This document shows, piece after piece, positions 30,927-41,770 of a stretch of DNA of 64,000 nucleotides; the first letter of the stretch is position 1; every line of letters begins with the position of its first letter. The notes beneath the pieces are model-generated. The model saw only the letters and a program-made list of their open reading frames with translations, made no database searches and was not told the origin of the DNA. This DNA is from Acidobacteriota bacterium (lineage in GTDB: Bacteria > Acidobacteriota > Terriglobia > Terriglobales > SCQP01). The stretch spans positions 40,992 to 104,991 of the forward strand of contig DAHVCP010000008.1 of NCBI GenBank assembly GCA_027314025.1, in the 5' to 3' direction. Position numbers and translations under genes: made by a program.

Positions 30927-31322
30927 CTAGCGCCGGTATTGCTGGTCGCTGACCGGCTCCAGCCAGTCCACGGCCTTGCCGTTCTCTTCTTCTTGAATCG
31001 CAATGTGGCTCATCGCCGTCCGTGGCGACGCGCCGTGCCAATGCTTTTCTCCCGGCGCAAACCACACCACGTCCCCGAGGCGAATCTCCTCCACCGGCCC
31101 GCCCCAATGTTGCGTCCAGCCGAGGCCCGCGGTGACGATTAGCGTTTGCCCCAAGGGATGGGTATGCCATGCCGTCCGCGCTCCCGGTTCGAACGTCACG
31201 CCGGCGCCCCGCACCCGCCCCGGCGCCGCCGCGGCAAACAGTGGGTCAATCCGCACGCTGCCGGTGAACCATTCCGCTGGACCCGGCTGGGATGCTTGCG
31301 CGCCTGCGCGCTGAATTTCCAT
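30927..31322 (-). CDS. Cupin domain protein
   Basis: [16 protein letters not shown] ... [14 protein letters not shown] cupin motifs. Start at the internal ATG 31322; the upstream part of the track ORF is Arg/Gly-rich non-coding-like sequence. Confidence 0.8.
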   Translation of the reverse strand: MEIQRAGAQASQPGPAEWFTGSVRIDPLFAAAAPGRVRGAGVTFEPGARTAWHTHPLGQTLIVTAGLGWTQHWGGPVEEIRLGDVVWFAPGEKHWHGASPRTAMSHIAIQEEENGKAVDWLEPVSDQQYRR

Positions 31323-31601
31323 GTCTGGTTCCTCCTGGGTCCATTCTCGGGCCAAGGTTGGTCCCGCTGCACGGCCATGCGTCCGGCTGTGACTGGCGGC
31401 GCTGACGCTGCCGCGATCTCCGCCGTTGCGGCCCCGGCGCGCGGCCCGGTCATCGCTGCCGCGCTGCGGGTCGCGACCAAGGCGCCGTCGGCCAGCGGCC
31501 GGCGCATCCGGCTGGCCCGCGCCGCGCTCTGAAACTCCCGCTGGTCCGTAAAGCACCGCTCCTCGCATGGGGCCATTCCCTCCGCTTCGCCCCCGCTTCT
31601 G

Positions 31602-32624
<1,023 letters not shown>

Positions 32625-32741
32625 TCAGACTAGTGGTCGCGGCGCCGCGAGCGGTATCCTGATCCTGCCCATTCCTTGCCTGTTTCTCTTGCCGCCGGAG
32701 TTGCTGGAATTGGGACGGCTGACAATGGGTGGGCTCGACTC

Positions 32742-33707
32742 ATGGCAACGCGAACCATTCCGGCCCGGGCGACGGGGGCGGAGTTGCCGGCAGGAGACGG
32801 CGCGGCGCTCGCCGCCGCTCGCGCCGAACTGGCCGGCAAAATCGCCGCCAACGCCCCCACTTCCGGCGCGCATGCCACCGCGATCCCCGGTCTACAGCTC
32901 TATCGCCGCACCGCCCCGAGCGCCTGCCAATGCGGCGTTTACGAGCCCAGCCTCAACGTTTTCGTCTCGGGCCGCAAGCGCGTCATCCTGGGCGGCGTGG
33001 TCTATGTTTGCGACGCCCGCCACTTCCTGCTGACCGCATTGCAGGTTCCCGTCACCAGCCAAATCCTGGCCGCGAGTGAATCGGCGCCGCTGCTGTCGCT
33101 GCTGCTCAAGCTCGATCTGGGCATGGTGCGGGAGATGCTGGCGCGGGAAAACCTCGCGGCTCCGCCCGCCGCGCCGCGGGTGCATGGCGTCGCCCTGGGT
33201 CGCAATAGCCCCGGCCTGCTCGACGCCTGTTCCCGGCTGCTGGACCTGCTCGCTGCGCCCGGCGATATCGCCTTCCTAGCGCCGTTGATCCAGCGCGAGA
33301 TCCTTTACCGCCTACTGCGCGGCCCGCAAGGGCAGCGCCTCCGCGCCATCGCCACCGCCGGCGATCCCAGCCAGCGCGCTGCCCGGGCCGCTGCCTGGCT
33401 GCGCGCCCATTACCAGCAGCCGCTGCGGATCCAAGAACTGGCGGCGCACGCCGGTATGGGCGTTTCCACGCTGCACCACCATTTCCGCGCTCTCACCGCC
33501 ATGAGCCCGCTGCAATACCAAAAGCGCCTGCGCCTGCAAGCCGCGCGCGACCAGATGCTGCTGGAGGGTCTGGACGCCGCCAGCGCCGCGTTCGCCGTCG
33601 GCTACGAGAGCGCCAGCCAATTTAGCCGCGAATACCGCCGAGTTTTCGGCCAGCCGCCGCGGCGGGACATTCAGGCCCTCCGCGCCGCCGAGGCCGCCGC
33701 AGGCTGA
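32742..33707 (+). CDS. AraC family transcriptional regulator (divergent from the AKR/cupin genes)
   Basis: C-terminal double HTH (IQELAAHAGMGVSTLHHHFRALTAMSPLQYQKRLRLQAAR ... GYESASQFSREYRRVFG). Start ambiguous (32676 GTG or 32742 ATG). Confidence 0.85.
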   Translation: MATRTIPARATGAELPAGDGAALAAARAELAGKIAANAPTSGAHATAIPGLQLYRRTAPSACQCGVYEPSLNVFVSGRKRVILGGVVYVCDARHFLLTALQVPVTSQILAASESAPLLSLLLKLDLGMVREMLARENLAAPPAAPRVHGVALGRNSPGLLDACSRLLDLLAAPGDIAFLAPLIQREILYRLLRGPQGQRLRAIATAGDPSQRAARAAAWLRAHYQQPLRIQELAAHAGMGVSTLHHHFRALTAMSPLQYQKRLRLQAARDQMLLEGLDAASAAFAVGYESASQFSREYRRVFGQPPRRDIQALRAAEAAAG

Positions 33708-33828
33708 TTCCGTGCCGGCCTAGACCGGCGGCGGCTTGGCGGCGCCGCCCCGCCCAACCCGCCCCTGTTGCTTGCCCTCCGCCGGGTGGGGTACAGTGCT
33801 GTTCTAGGCCGCTGCCCGGGTTTTACTC

Positions 33829-34149
33829 ATGACCAAAGCCGATTTGATTGAAGAAGTTGCCCAAGCCGCCGAGGTGACGCGCAAGGATGGCGAGAAGATC
33901 GTCGAGGCTATCCTTGCCAGCATTGTCCAGTCCTTGCGCGCCGGCGACAAGATCGAAATCCGCGGGTTTGGCAGCTTTCGCACCCGCCAGCGCAAAGCCC
34001 GCATTGGCCGCAATCCCAAAACGGGCGAAAGCGTTCCGGTGCCCGCCCGCCGCATCCCCTTCTTCAAACCCAGCAAGGAACTCAAGGACGGCGTGAATCA
34101 GAAGGAAGGCGCCGCTCCCGCTCCCGTCACTCCGCTGGGATCGGTCTAG
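33829..34149 (+). CDS. HU/IHF family DNA-binding protein (IHF beta-like)
   Basis: MTKADLIEEVA..., IEIRGFGSFRTRQRKARIGRNPKTGESVPVPARRIPFFKPSKELK. Confidence 0.9.
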   Translation: MTKADLIEEVAQAAEVTRKDGEKIVEAILASIVQSLRAGDKIEIRGFGSFRTRQRKARIGRNPKTGESVPVPARRIPFFKPSKELKDGVNQKEGAAPAPVTPLGSV

Positions 34150-34343
34150 CTCCGCCGTCCCCCTAAACGCCCGGGCCGCTGGCCAGCCTTCCCGCTAAAG
34201 CGGCCCCCATTCTCCGCGCCGGCAGTCGCCCCGGCGCCCCGGCGCCCCGTCGCCCCGGCGATGCGCCCGCGAGTCATTCGCGCGGACCTGCGGTGAATCC
34301 CCAACCCCGGGGCCCCCGCAGCCGTCCGCGGCGGCGGGGTGGG

Positions 34344-34538
34344 ACGAAGCGATGCGACGGTGATCGCCCCGCCGGCGCATGGGCAAGGGCTACGCCAGGC
34401 CCACCGGCGGAACTGTTGAGCGGGGCGAGAACCGAGCAGGGCGAGGCGGGGAGAGCGAGGGCGAACGAGCGTACCGGGATGTACGTGAGGAGCACGAGCG
34501 AATCCCCAACGAAGCGATGCGACGGTGATCGCCCCGCC
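34344..34538 (+). repeat. Composite intergenic repeat element, locus A: two 30-nt direct repeats flanking a conserved 83-nt core
   Basis: ACGAAGCGATGCGACGGTGATCGCCCCGCC at 34344-34373 and 34509-34538. The core 34418-34500 is 74/83 identical to 39004-39086. Confidence 0.85.
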
Positions 34539-34576
34539 CAATTCCAGCCGTCTGCTACCATCCATAGCATACGGGT

Positions 34577-35182
34577 ATGGACCTCATTCCCAGCGAAGCT
34601 CAGGTCAATGAACTTTTAGAGGCGACCGGCGCGCTCCAGCACGGCCATTTTTTGCATCCCAGCGGCACCCATTCGGACGCCTATCTCCAGATCCCCATGG
34701 CCATGCGGCATTTCTGGGAATCCAAAACCCTCAGTGTCGCTCTCAGCCGCAAACTGCGCGCCGACGATGAGATTCGCCGCTGCCTGCCCAACGTCAGCAT
34801 CGTCGCGCCGGCGACCGGCGGCTTGCCGGTGGCGTACGGCGTCGCCGAGGCCTTGCGCGCCGCGCAGACGTATTGGGCGGAAAAAGAGGATGGCGAGCTG
34901 GTCTTTCGCCAATTCATGGAGCACCACGCCGGCGAACGGGTCATTCTGGTGGACGACATTCTGCGCAGCGGCGCCAAGCTCAAAGCGCTCCAGCGGCTGA
35001 TCGAAGGCGCCGGCGCCCAGGTGCTGGCGCTCGCCGTTTTGGTGCATCAGCCCTGGGAGGATGCCCAGGACTTTGCCGGGGTCCCGTTTTTCAAGCTGAC
35101 CACGCTGCGGCCCCGTTATTGGCGCAAGGACGACTGTCCCCTCTGCCGCGACGGCGCGCCCCTGACCCGAGTGCGCGTCTAA
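34577..35182 (+). CDS. Phosphoribosyltransferase (orotate PRTase-like)
   Basis: PRPP-binding motif RVILVDDILRSGAKL. N-terminal LQHGHFLHPSGTHSDAYLQ resembles PyrE-like proteins. Confidence 0.7.
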   Translation: MDLIPSEAQVNELLEATGALQHGHFLHPSGTHSDAYLQIPMAMRHFWESKTLSVALSRKLRADDEIRRCLPNVSIVAPATGGLPVAYGVAEALRAAQTYWAEKEDGELVFRQFMEHHAGERVILVDDILRSGAKLKALQRLIEGAGAQVLALAVLVHQPWEDAQDFAGVPFFKLTTLRPRYWRKDDCPLCRDGAPLTRVRV

Positions 35183-35329
35183 TGCCGGCAAAATTGGCGT
35201 TCCGTCCGGCAGCCTGCCGCCGGCGCCGGCTCGGGAGGGCCGGCCGCCCGCGCGGCAAGCCGGTGCGTCCGGCCGCCGCCGCCCCTGCCCTACACTAAAA
35301 GTTCGCAGCGCGAAAGGAGCCAACGTTTG

Positions 35330-36820
35330 ATGGAATCCCGTTTGTTGTTTTCCGCCCCCGCCAAGGTCGAGGCCGATGTTCTCGCCGTGCTCGTGTCCGA
35401 GCGCGAGCCGAAGCTTTCTGGAGCGGCGGCGGAGCTGGACCGCGCCGCGAACGGCGCCATCGCCGCCTTGCTGCAGAGCGGCGAATTCAGCGGCCGCGCC
35501 TATGAGCTTTTGCCCTTGGGCAAGCTGAACGGCGCCGCCGCCCAGCGCGTTTTTCTTTTGGGCACGGGCAAGGCCGCCCTCGGCGCCCATGAACTGCGCC
35601 GCCTGGCGGGCGCCCTCGGCCGCCAGCTCAAGGGCAAGAACCTGCTTCGCTTCGCCTGCTGCGCTCCAGAGCAGCTGGACCCGGCCGCCGCGATTGAAGC
35701 CATCCTCACCGGCGCGCTCGGCGGCGATTTCGATACCGGCCGCTACAAGCGTGACCGGGAGGACAAGCAATTGGCCGAGATCGCCATTGTCCTTCCCGAG
35801 CAGCTCAAGAGCCAGGAGCCTGCGCTCGCCGCCGCCCTGACCCGCGCCCGCGCCATCGCCGCCGGGCAGGATTTCGCCCGCGTGCTGGGCAATGAGCCGG
35901 CGAATCGCATGACCCCCACCGAAATGGGCCGCCGCGCCCAGGCCATGGCCAAATCAGCGGGCCTGGAATGCGAGCTGATTACCGAGGACCGCGCCCGCGA
36001 ACTGAAGATGGGCGCTTTCCTCGGGGTGGCGCAGGGCTCCGCCGAGCCCCCGGTGATGATCGTGCTGCAATACAAGGGCGGGGGCAACGGCAAGGAAAAA
36101 CTCGGCCTGGTGGGCAAGGGCATCACCTTCGACACCGGCGGCATTTCCATCAAGCCCGCCGCGGACATGGACAAAATGAAGTTCGACATGGCCGGCGGCG
36201 CCGCCGTGCTCGGCGCCATGCAGGCCATCGCCGCGCTCCAGCCCAAGCTTGACGTCATCGCCATCGTTCCCTGCGCCGAAAACATGCCGGGCGGACGGGC
36301 GCAAAAGCCCGGCGACGTGCAGATCGCCATGTCCGGCAAAAGCATCGAGGTGCTCAATACCGACGCCGAAGGCCGGCTGGTGCTCGCCGATGGCCTGCAC
36401 TACGCGCAGCAATTGGGCGCCACGCGCCTGGTGGACGTTTGCACCCTGACCGGCGCGATCGTCGTCGCCCTGGCCAGCGTCTACACCGGCGTCTTCTCCA
36501 ACAATGAAGACTTCTTCGCCGCCTTCGAGCGCGCCCGCGCTGCCTCCGGCGAGAAGATGTGGCGCATGCCCGTGGATGAGGAATATTTCGAGTTCATCCG
36601 CGGCACCGTCGGCGACGTCCTCAACGTCGGCGGCCGCTGGGGCGGCGCCGTCACCGCCGCCATGTTCCTGCGCGAATTCGTCGAGCAAACCCCCTGGGTT
36701 CACCTGGACATCGCCGGCACCGCGTGGCTGGACGACCCCAAACCTTGGATGAGCAAGGGGCCGACCGGCGTCGCCGTCGCCACGCTGGTCCACCTCGCTC
36801 TGCAATCCGCCGGGAAGTAG
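35330..36820 (+). CDS. pepA: Leucyl aminopeptidase (M17)
   Basis: VGKGITFDTGGISIKP, NTDAEGRLVLAD, HLDIAGTA. AAGGAG RBS 10 nt upstream of the ATG at 35330. Confidence 0.92.
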   Translation: MESRLLFSAPAKVEADVLAVLVSEREPKLSGAAAELDRAANGAIAALLQSGEFSGRAYELLPLGKLNGAAAQRVFLLGTGKAALGAHELRRLAGALGRQLKGKNLLRFACCAPEQLDPAAAIEAILTGALGGDFDTGRYKRDREDKQLAEIAIVLPEQLKSQEPALAAALTRARAIAAGQDFARVLGNEPANRMTPTEMGRRAQAMAKSAGLECELITEDRARELKMGAFLGVAQGSAEPPVMIVLQYKGGGNGKEKLGLVGKGITFDTGGISIKPAADMDKMKFDMAGGAAVLGAMQAIAALQPKLDVIAIVPCAENMPGGRAQKPGDVQIAMSGKSIEVLNTDAEGRLVLADGLHYAQQLGATRLVDVCTLTGAIVVALASVYTGVFSNNEDFFAAFERARAASGEKMWRMPVDEEYFEFIRGTVGDVLNVGGRWGGAVTAAMFLREFVEQTPWVHLDIAGTAWLDDPKPWMSKGPTGVAVATLVHLALQSAGK

Positions 36821-36851
36821 ACGTTACCGCCGTCCTAGGCCGGGCGCGGGG

Positions 36852-36871
36852 CGCGGCGGGACGCCGCCGCG
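36852..36871. terminator. GC hairpin between convergent pepA and the aldehyde dehydrogenase gene (possible bidirectional terminator)
   Basis: CGCGGCGG-GACG-CCGCCGCG, an 8-bp all-GC stem. No U-tract. Confidence 0.3.
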
Positions 36872-36910
36872 GCCCGGCGCCCGCGGCCCTGGTCCGGCGC
36901 GGGCCGGGGC

Positions 36911-38419
36911 CTACAATTCCTCGGTGTCGATCTGCGCGCGTTGCAGCGCGCCGCTGTAATCCACGTAGACCGTCTTCCATTCGCTATAGACGTCGAGCGT
37001 GGCCAGGCCGCTCTCCCGGTGTCCGTTGCCGGTGTTCTTGGTGCCGCCGAAGGGCAAATGCACCTCGGCGCCGATGGTCGGCGCATTCACGTAGGCGATG
37101 CCGGTTTGCAGTTCCCGCGCCGCGCGCATGGCGCGGTTGACGTCGGCGGTATAGATCGCCGACGACAGCCCATAGGCCACGCCGTTGGCGAATTCCAGCG
37201 CCTGCTCCAGGCCATCGCAGGGCATCACCGCCACCACCGGGCCGAAGATCTCCTCTTGCGCGATGCGCATGTTGGGCGTCACTTCGGCGAAGATGGTCGG
37301 CGCGAAGAACAGGCCCTGCGCCAAATCACCGCCGGTCATGCGGCGTCCGCCCAGCCGCAGCTTGGCGCCTTCCTGCTTGCCGATCTCGACATACGACGCG
37401 ATGGTGTCCAGTTGCTGCCGGTTCACCACCGGTCCCATTTGCGTGCGCGGATCCAGACCGTCGCCCACGCGCAGTTCCCCCGCCCGTTCGGTCAGCCGCT
37501 CCAGGAACTTTCCGTAAACGCCTTTTTGCACGATGATGCGGCTGGCCGCCGTGCAGCGCTGGCCCGTGGTGCCGAACGCCGCCCACAGGCAGCCCTCCAG
37601 CGCCAGTTCCAAATTCGCATCGTCCAAAACGATGATGGCGTTTTTGCCGCCCAATTCCAGGTTGCAATGTTTCAGCTGCCGCGCCGCCTCCGCGCCCACC
37701 TCGCGGCCCACGGCGGTGGAGCCGGTAAAGGAGACGATGCGCGTGGCGGGATGCGCCACCAGCGGCGCGCCGCATTCCGCGCCCTCGCCCATTACCAAAT
37801 TCACCACGCCCGCCGGCACTCCCGCCTCGGTTAGCGCATTGACGAAATTCACGCTTGAGAGCGGCGCATCCTCCGCCGGCTTCAGCACCACGCAGTTGCC
37901 GCAGATCAGCGCCGGAATGGACTTCCAGCTGGGGATCGCCATGGGGAAGTTCCAGGGCGTGATCAATCCCGCCACGCCGATGGGCACGCGGAAGGTCAGG
38001 CAGAGCTTGTTGGGCAGTTCCGACGGCGTGGTCACGCCGTACAGCCGCCGCCCCTCGCCGGCCATGAAGAAGGTCATGTCAATGGCCTCCTGCACGTCGC
38101 CGCGCGTCTCCAGCAGCACCTTGCCCATCTCCCGGGTCATGTCCTGGGCGAAGGCGTCCTTGTTTTCCAGCAGCAGTTGTCCGGCGCGGAACAGAATCTC
38201 CGCCCGCCGGGGCGCGGGCGTATCCCGCCATCGCGGATACGCCTCCAAGGCGGCGTTCACCGCCGCATCCACGTCCTCCTTGCCGGAACGCGGGAACAGG
38301 CCGACGGTTTCGTCCTGATGCGCCGGATTTAGGCTCTCCAAATATTCCCCGGTGAGGGGATCGCGCCATTCGCCGGCGATGAAGTTGCGGTGGGTGGGTG
38401 CGGCGTTAAAGGTGGCCAT
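36911..38419 (-). CDS. NAD(P)-dependent aldehyde dehydrogenase family protein
   Basis: [19 protein letters not shown] (catalytic Cys), [18 protein letters not shown]. Confidence 0.9.
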   Translation of the reverse strand: MATFNAAPTHRNFIAGEWRDPLTGEYLESLNPAHQDETVGLFPRSGKEDVDAAVNAALEAYPRWRDTPAPRRAEILFRAGQLLLENKDAFAQDMTREMGKVLLETRGDVQEAIDMTFFMAGEGRRLYGVTTPSELPNKLCLTFRVPIGVAGLITPWNFPMAIPSWKSIPALICGNCVVLKPAEDAPLSSVNFVNALTEAGVPAGVVNLVMGEGAECGAPLVAHPATRIVSFTGSTAVGREVGAEAARQLKHCNLELGGKNAIIVLDDANLELALEGCLWAAFGTTGQRCTAASRIIVQKGVYGKFLERLTERAGELRVGDGLDPRTQMGPVVNRQQLDTIASYVEIGKQEGAKLRLGGRRMTGGDLAQGLFFAPTIFAEVTPNMRIAQEEIFGPVVAVMPCDGLEQALEFANGVAYGLSSAIYTADVNRAMRAARELQTGIAYVNAPTIGAEVHLPFGGTKNTGNGHRESGLATLDVYSEWKTVYVDYSGALQRAQIDTEEL

Positions 38420-38831
38420 GCGCTTGTCGCTCCTGCTTCTTGGCGTGAACTGCCGCGCCGCCGGCAGCGTGTTGGGCCTTGGCCGCGCGATGTGTCGCGG
38501 GGGTTTTACGCGGCGCCGCCGGCGGTTCGTCCCGTTTTGGTCCCAGGCCCAGCGCGATCAGCGCCCGCGAATCCGGAACCCAGCGCGTTTGCCAATGATG
38601 GTCGCGCTGGAACCGAACCAGCGCCTCGTGCGTTGCCCAATTCCAATGCCCGGTCACATGCTTCAGGTATCCCGCCTTCACCAGGGCGGCTTGGATCTGC
38701 CGCGTCCGCTGCGGCGTGATGCCCGGGCCGCGGCGGTAGCGCCGCGGCCGGCGGCAGCAGCGTGCCGCCGCCGCTCGGGCCGGGGCCGGCCGCGGCGCGA
38801 CGCAGACGCCGGCGGCGGCCAACGCCGCCAA
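38406..38831 (-). CDS. Peptidoglycan-binding (PG_binding_1-like) domain protein; start uncertain
   Basis: [35 protein letters not shown]. The track ORF (to 39167) runs through the intergenic repeat. In-frame TTG candidates at 38831 and 38822 precede a signal-like [13 protein letters not shown]. Confidence 0.5.
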   Translation of the reverse strand: MAALAAAGVCVAPRPAPARAAAARCCRRPRRYRRGPGITPQRTRQIQAALVKAGYLKHVTGHWNWATHEALVRFQRDHHWQTRWVPDSRALIALGLGPKRDEPPAAPRKTPATHRAAKAQHAAGGAAVHAKKQERQAHGHL

Positions 38832-38926
38832 GACGGTTCCGGTGCGCGCCAGCCGGCGCAGCCAACCCCGCGCCTGCCGGCCCGCTCCCGATCTGACCCG
38901 AGGCGCCGGCCAATCGCGCAGGGCCA

Positions 38927-39124
38927 ACGATGCGATGCGACGGCTATCGCCCCGCCGAGTCCGCAGATGGGTTTCGCCGTCGGGCTCACCACGGGAAACG
39001 CCCGAGCGGGGCAAGAGCCGAGCAGGGCGAGGCGGCCCGAGCGAGGGCGACGCAGCGTACCGGGATGTACGTGAGGAGCCCGAGCGCGGGGCCAACGATG
39101 CGATGCGACGGCTATCGCCCCGCC
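38927..39124 (+). repeat. Composite intergenic repeat element, locus B (same family as 34344-34538)
   Basis: ACGATGCGATGCGACGGCTATCGCCCCGCC at 38927-38956 and 39095-39124. The core 39004-39086 is about 89% identical to locus A. Confidence 0.85.
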
Positions 39125-39130
39125 GATCCA

Positions 39131-40615
39131 TTACCGGTAGAGCCCTCCCGCCCACCATTGCGTCCATTGATTATCCGCCCCCAACCTCCGCAAACCCATC
39201 GCCACCGGCTGTCCGGGCCGCAACTGACTGCTCAGCGCGCGAAACACCTCCGCATTGGGAATCGGATGCCGGTCCAGGCTGACGATCACGTCGCCGCGGC
39301 GAATGCCGATCTGTCCGGCGAACGATCCGGGATCCACCGCCCGCACCACCACGCCGCTGGCGATCCGGGGCAGCCGTTGTCCGGCGGCCGCCGCCGCGCT
39401 GACGCTGCGCAGTTGCAGGCCCAGGGTCGGATCCCGCGGGGCGGCAGGCGGCGGGGGAAAGTCGCCGGCGAGATGGAACAGCCGGTCGCGATTGGCCACC
39501 TGCACCGCCGCCTCCATCGGCTTGCCCCGGCGCCGGAAGCTCACCTCCACGCGGCTGCCCACGCGGCGCCGCACGATCGCCGCCAACAGTTGTTGCCCGG
39601 ACCGCACCGGCTGGCCGCCGATGGCGACGATGACGTCGCCGGCCCGCAACCCCGCCCGCGCCGCCGGGCCGTCGGCCACCACCGCCGAGATCGGCACGCC
39701 GCGCTGGATGCCGTAGATCTTGCGCACCGCGAATGGCAGGTTGGGCTGGAAATAAATGCCGATCGAGCCCCGCCGCACGCGCCCGTGCCGCAGCAGCTGG
39801 CGATAGACGTTCCGCGCCAGCTCCGCGGGCAGCGCGAAGCCCACGCCCTCATAGGCGTAGGAGACCGTGTAGATCGCCGTGTTGATGCCCACCACCTGGC
39901 CGGCCATGTTCACCAGCGGCCCGCCGCTATTGCCGGGATTGATCGGCGCGTCGGTCTGGATGAAGCGCTGGAACTCGTCCTCGCCGGCCACATGCCGTCC
40001 CAGCGCGCTCACGATTCCCGCGGTAACCGTGTGGTCCAGCCCAAATGGACTGCCGATCGCCAGCACCCAATCGCCCACCCGCAACCCGCGGCTGCCGTCC
40101 AATTGCACCGCGGGCAGGAGATGCCCGGCGTGGATTTTCAGCAGCGCCAGGTCCGTCGCGCGATCGCTGCCCACCAGTTGCGCCGGGTAGGGTTGCGGGT
40201 GGTGATACAGCCACACGGCGATTCGGCGCGCCCGCCGCACCACGTGATAGTTGGTCAGGATATATCCCCGCGGACCCACGATCACGCCGGAACCCAGGGT
40301 GCGATTCTCCGGTTGCAATCCGCCGTTCGCCGCGAAATCGCCTTCGGCCGCGTCCGGCAACACCTGTCCTCCGGCCACTGCCGCCGGCGCTTCCGCGTCG
40401 GTCTGGATGTTCACCACGCTCGGCAGCAGCCGCTGGGCCAGTGACTGGAAGGCGCCGCCGCCCGGCTCCGCCGCCGGACTTCGCCGTCCCAGGCCCCACC
40501 AACTGCCCAGCAGGACGCCCACCGCCAACGCCGCCACGAACCAGCCCGCTACTGCCGCCGCGGAGCGCCGGCGCGGGAGATGCAAGGGACCGGTTTGGGA
40601 CTGCGAAGACGACAT
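39131..40615 (-). CDS. HtrA/DegP family serine endoprotease (trypsin-like domain + 2 PDZ)
   Basis: TNYHVV (His), DLALLK (Asp), GNSGGPLVN (Ser). N-terminal TM/signal; two PDZ-like regions. Confidence 0.92.
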   Translation of the reverse strand: MSSSQSQTGPLHLPRRRSAAAVAGWFVAALAVGVLLGSWWGLGRRSPAAEPGGGAFQSLAQRLLPSVVNIQTDAEAPAAVAGGQVLPDAAEGDFAANGGLQPENRTLGSGVIVGPRGYILTNYHVVRRARRIAVWLYHHPQPYPAQLVGSDRATDLALLKIHAGHLLPAVQLDGSRGLRVGDWVLAIGSPFGLDHTVTAGIVSALGRHVAGEDEFQRFIQTDAPINPGNSGGPLVNMAGQVVGINTAIYTVSYAYEGVGFALPAELARNVYRQLLRHGRVRRGSIGIYFQPNLPFAVRKIYGIQRGVPISAVVADGPAARAGLRAGDVIVAIGGQPVRSGQQLLAAIVRRRVGSRVEVSFRRRGKPMEAAVQVANRDRLFHLAGDFPPPPAAPRDPTLGLQLRSVSAAAAAGQRLPRIASGVVVRAVDPGSFAGQIGIRRGDVIVSLDRHPIPNAEVFRALSSQLRPGQPVAMGLRRLGADNQWTQWWAGGLYR

Positions 40616-40789
40616 GCCAAGCAGGCAAGGGGACAGTGGACATTATAGAACCGCCGCCGGATTCGCCTTCCGGCATTCCCGGTTGGGGTGGCGCAGGGAT
40701 GGCGATTTCGGCCCTCCAAACCGCGCCAGGGCTTCATGTGGCCATCCTCCCGCGGTCGGGCCCGGCAGGAGCGCACCGCCCGGAGCCGG

Positions 40790-41752
40790 CTACGCCTGGG
40801 GATGGGGTGCGGCGCGGCGCCGCCGGAACGGCTGCAATTCGATGGTCAGGATGGCCCCCAGCACCAGTAGCGCGCCGACGATTTGATTGGTCAGCAAGGC
40901 CTCCACCCCCAGGGCGATGCTCGCCAGCCAGGCAAAGACGGGTTCCGCGGCAAAAATGATGGCGGTATGGCTGGCGGGCGTAAATTGCTGCGCCCAGGCC
41001 TGCGTGGTGAACGCCACCGCCGTAGCCAGCACCGCGGTGATGCCCAGCGCCGCCCACAACCCCGGCGCCGCCCAGGCCAAATGGATGGGCTCCAGGCACA
41101 CCGCTCCGATCCAGGTGAATCCGGCGGCAAAGACCACCTGCAACACCGCCAGGCGGGCGAAGCCGTAGCGGGGAGCGAACTCGCCCTGCGCCGCGATTTG
41201 CGCCGCGAACGCCACGGCGCAAAACAGGGTGAGTAGGTCCCCGCGGTTGACCGGACCCCAGCCGCCGGCAAGGGAGCGGGCGAAGGCCAGGAAATAGATT
41301 CCGGCTAGCGCTAGACCCGCCCCGGCGTAGGCATTGCCGCCCAGCCGCCGCCTCCACCAAAGCGCCACGAAGAACGGAACTAGCACCACCGACAAGCCGG
41401 TCAAAAATGCCGACTTCGCCGCCGTGGTGTACTCCAGGCCGACGGTTTGGAAACCGAAGCCGATCGCCAGCAGCAGGCCTAAGACCGCACTCGCTCCCCA
41501 CACCGCCGCCGGGATCCGCCGCAGCCGCCGGCGGTAGACGGCGGCGAGCAAACCGCCGGCCAAGGTGAAGCGGGCCGCATTGAACGCCAGCGGCGAGGCG
41601 CTCCGCAGCGCCGCTTGCACCACCAGAAACGTTCCGCCCCAGATGGCGGTGATGGCCAGGAGCGCCAGGTCGGCCCGATAAATCGCCCGTCCGGCGGTGG
41701 GGGGCGGCGCCGCGGCCGGCGCGCCGGAGGCTTCTGGAGTGGGGCGAGTCAT
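40790..41752 (-). CDS. EamA/DMT family transporter
   Basis: Ten hydrophobic segments; duplicated EamA pattern (WGGTFLVVQ..., FAAEPVFAWLAS...). Confidence 0.8.
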   Translation of the reverse strand: MTRPTPEASGAPAAAPPPTAGRAIYRADLALLAITAIWGGTFLVVQAALRSASPLAFNAARFTLAGGLLAAVYRRRLRRIPAAVWGASAVLGLLLAIGFGFQTVGLEYTTAAKSAFLTGLSVVLVPFFVALWWRRRLGGNAYAGAGLALAGIYFLAFARSLAGGWGPVNRGDLLTLFCAVAFAAQIAAQGEFAPRYGFARLAVLQVVFAAGFTWIGAVCLEPIHLAWAAPGLWAALGITAVLATAVAFTTQAWAQQFTPASHTAIIFAAEPVFAWLASIALGVEALLTNQIVGALLVLGAILTIELQPFRRRRAAPHPQA

Positions 41753-41770
41753 GGCGCCTGCGCCCTTAGG

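Noticed and set aside
34293-34619. 108-aa ORF across repeat locus A, and 504-aa ORF 38930-40444 across locus B; both contain the peptide (K/M)RCDG(D/Y)RPA twice
   Set aside because: The shared peptide strings come from translating the 30-nt direct repeats. The second ORF is otherwise antisense to htrA. Neither has RBS or start context. I treat them as non-coding repeat DNA.
34344-39124. Possibility that the 30-nt direct repeats are a CRISPR array
   Set aside because: There are only two repeats per locus, separated by 135-138 nt, whereas CRISPR spacers are about 30-40 nt. The 'spacer' itself is conserved between loci. No cas genes are present in the window.
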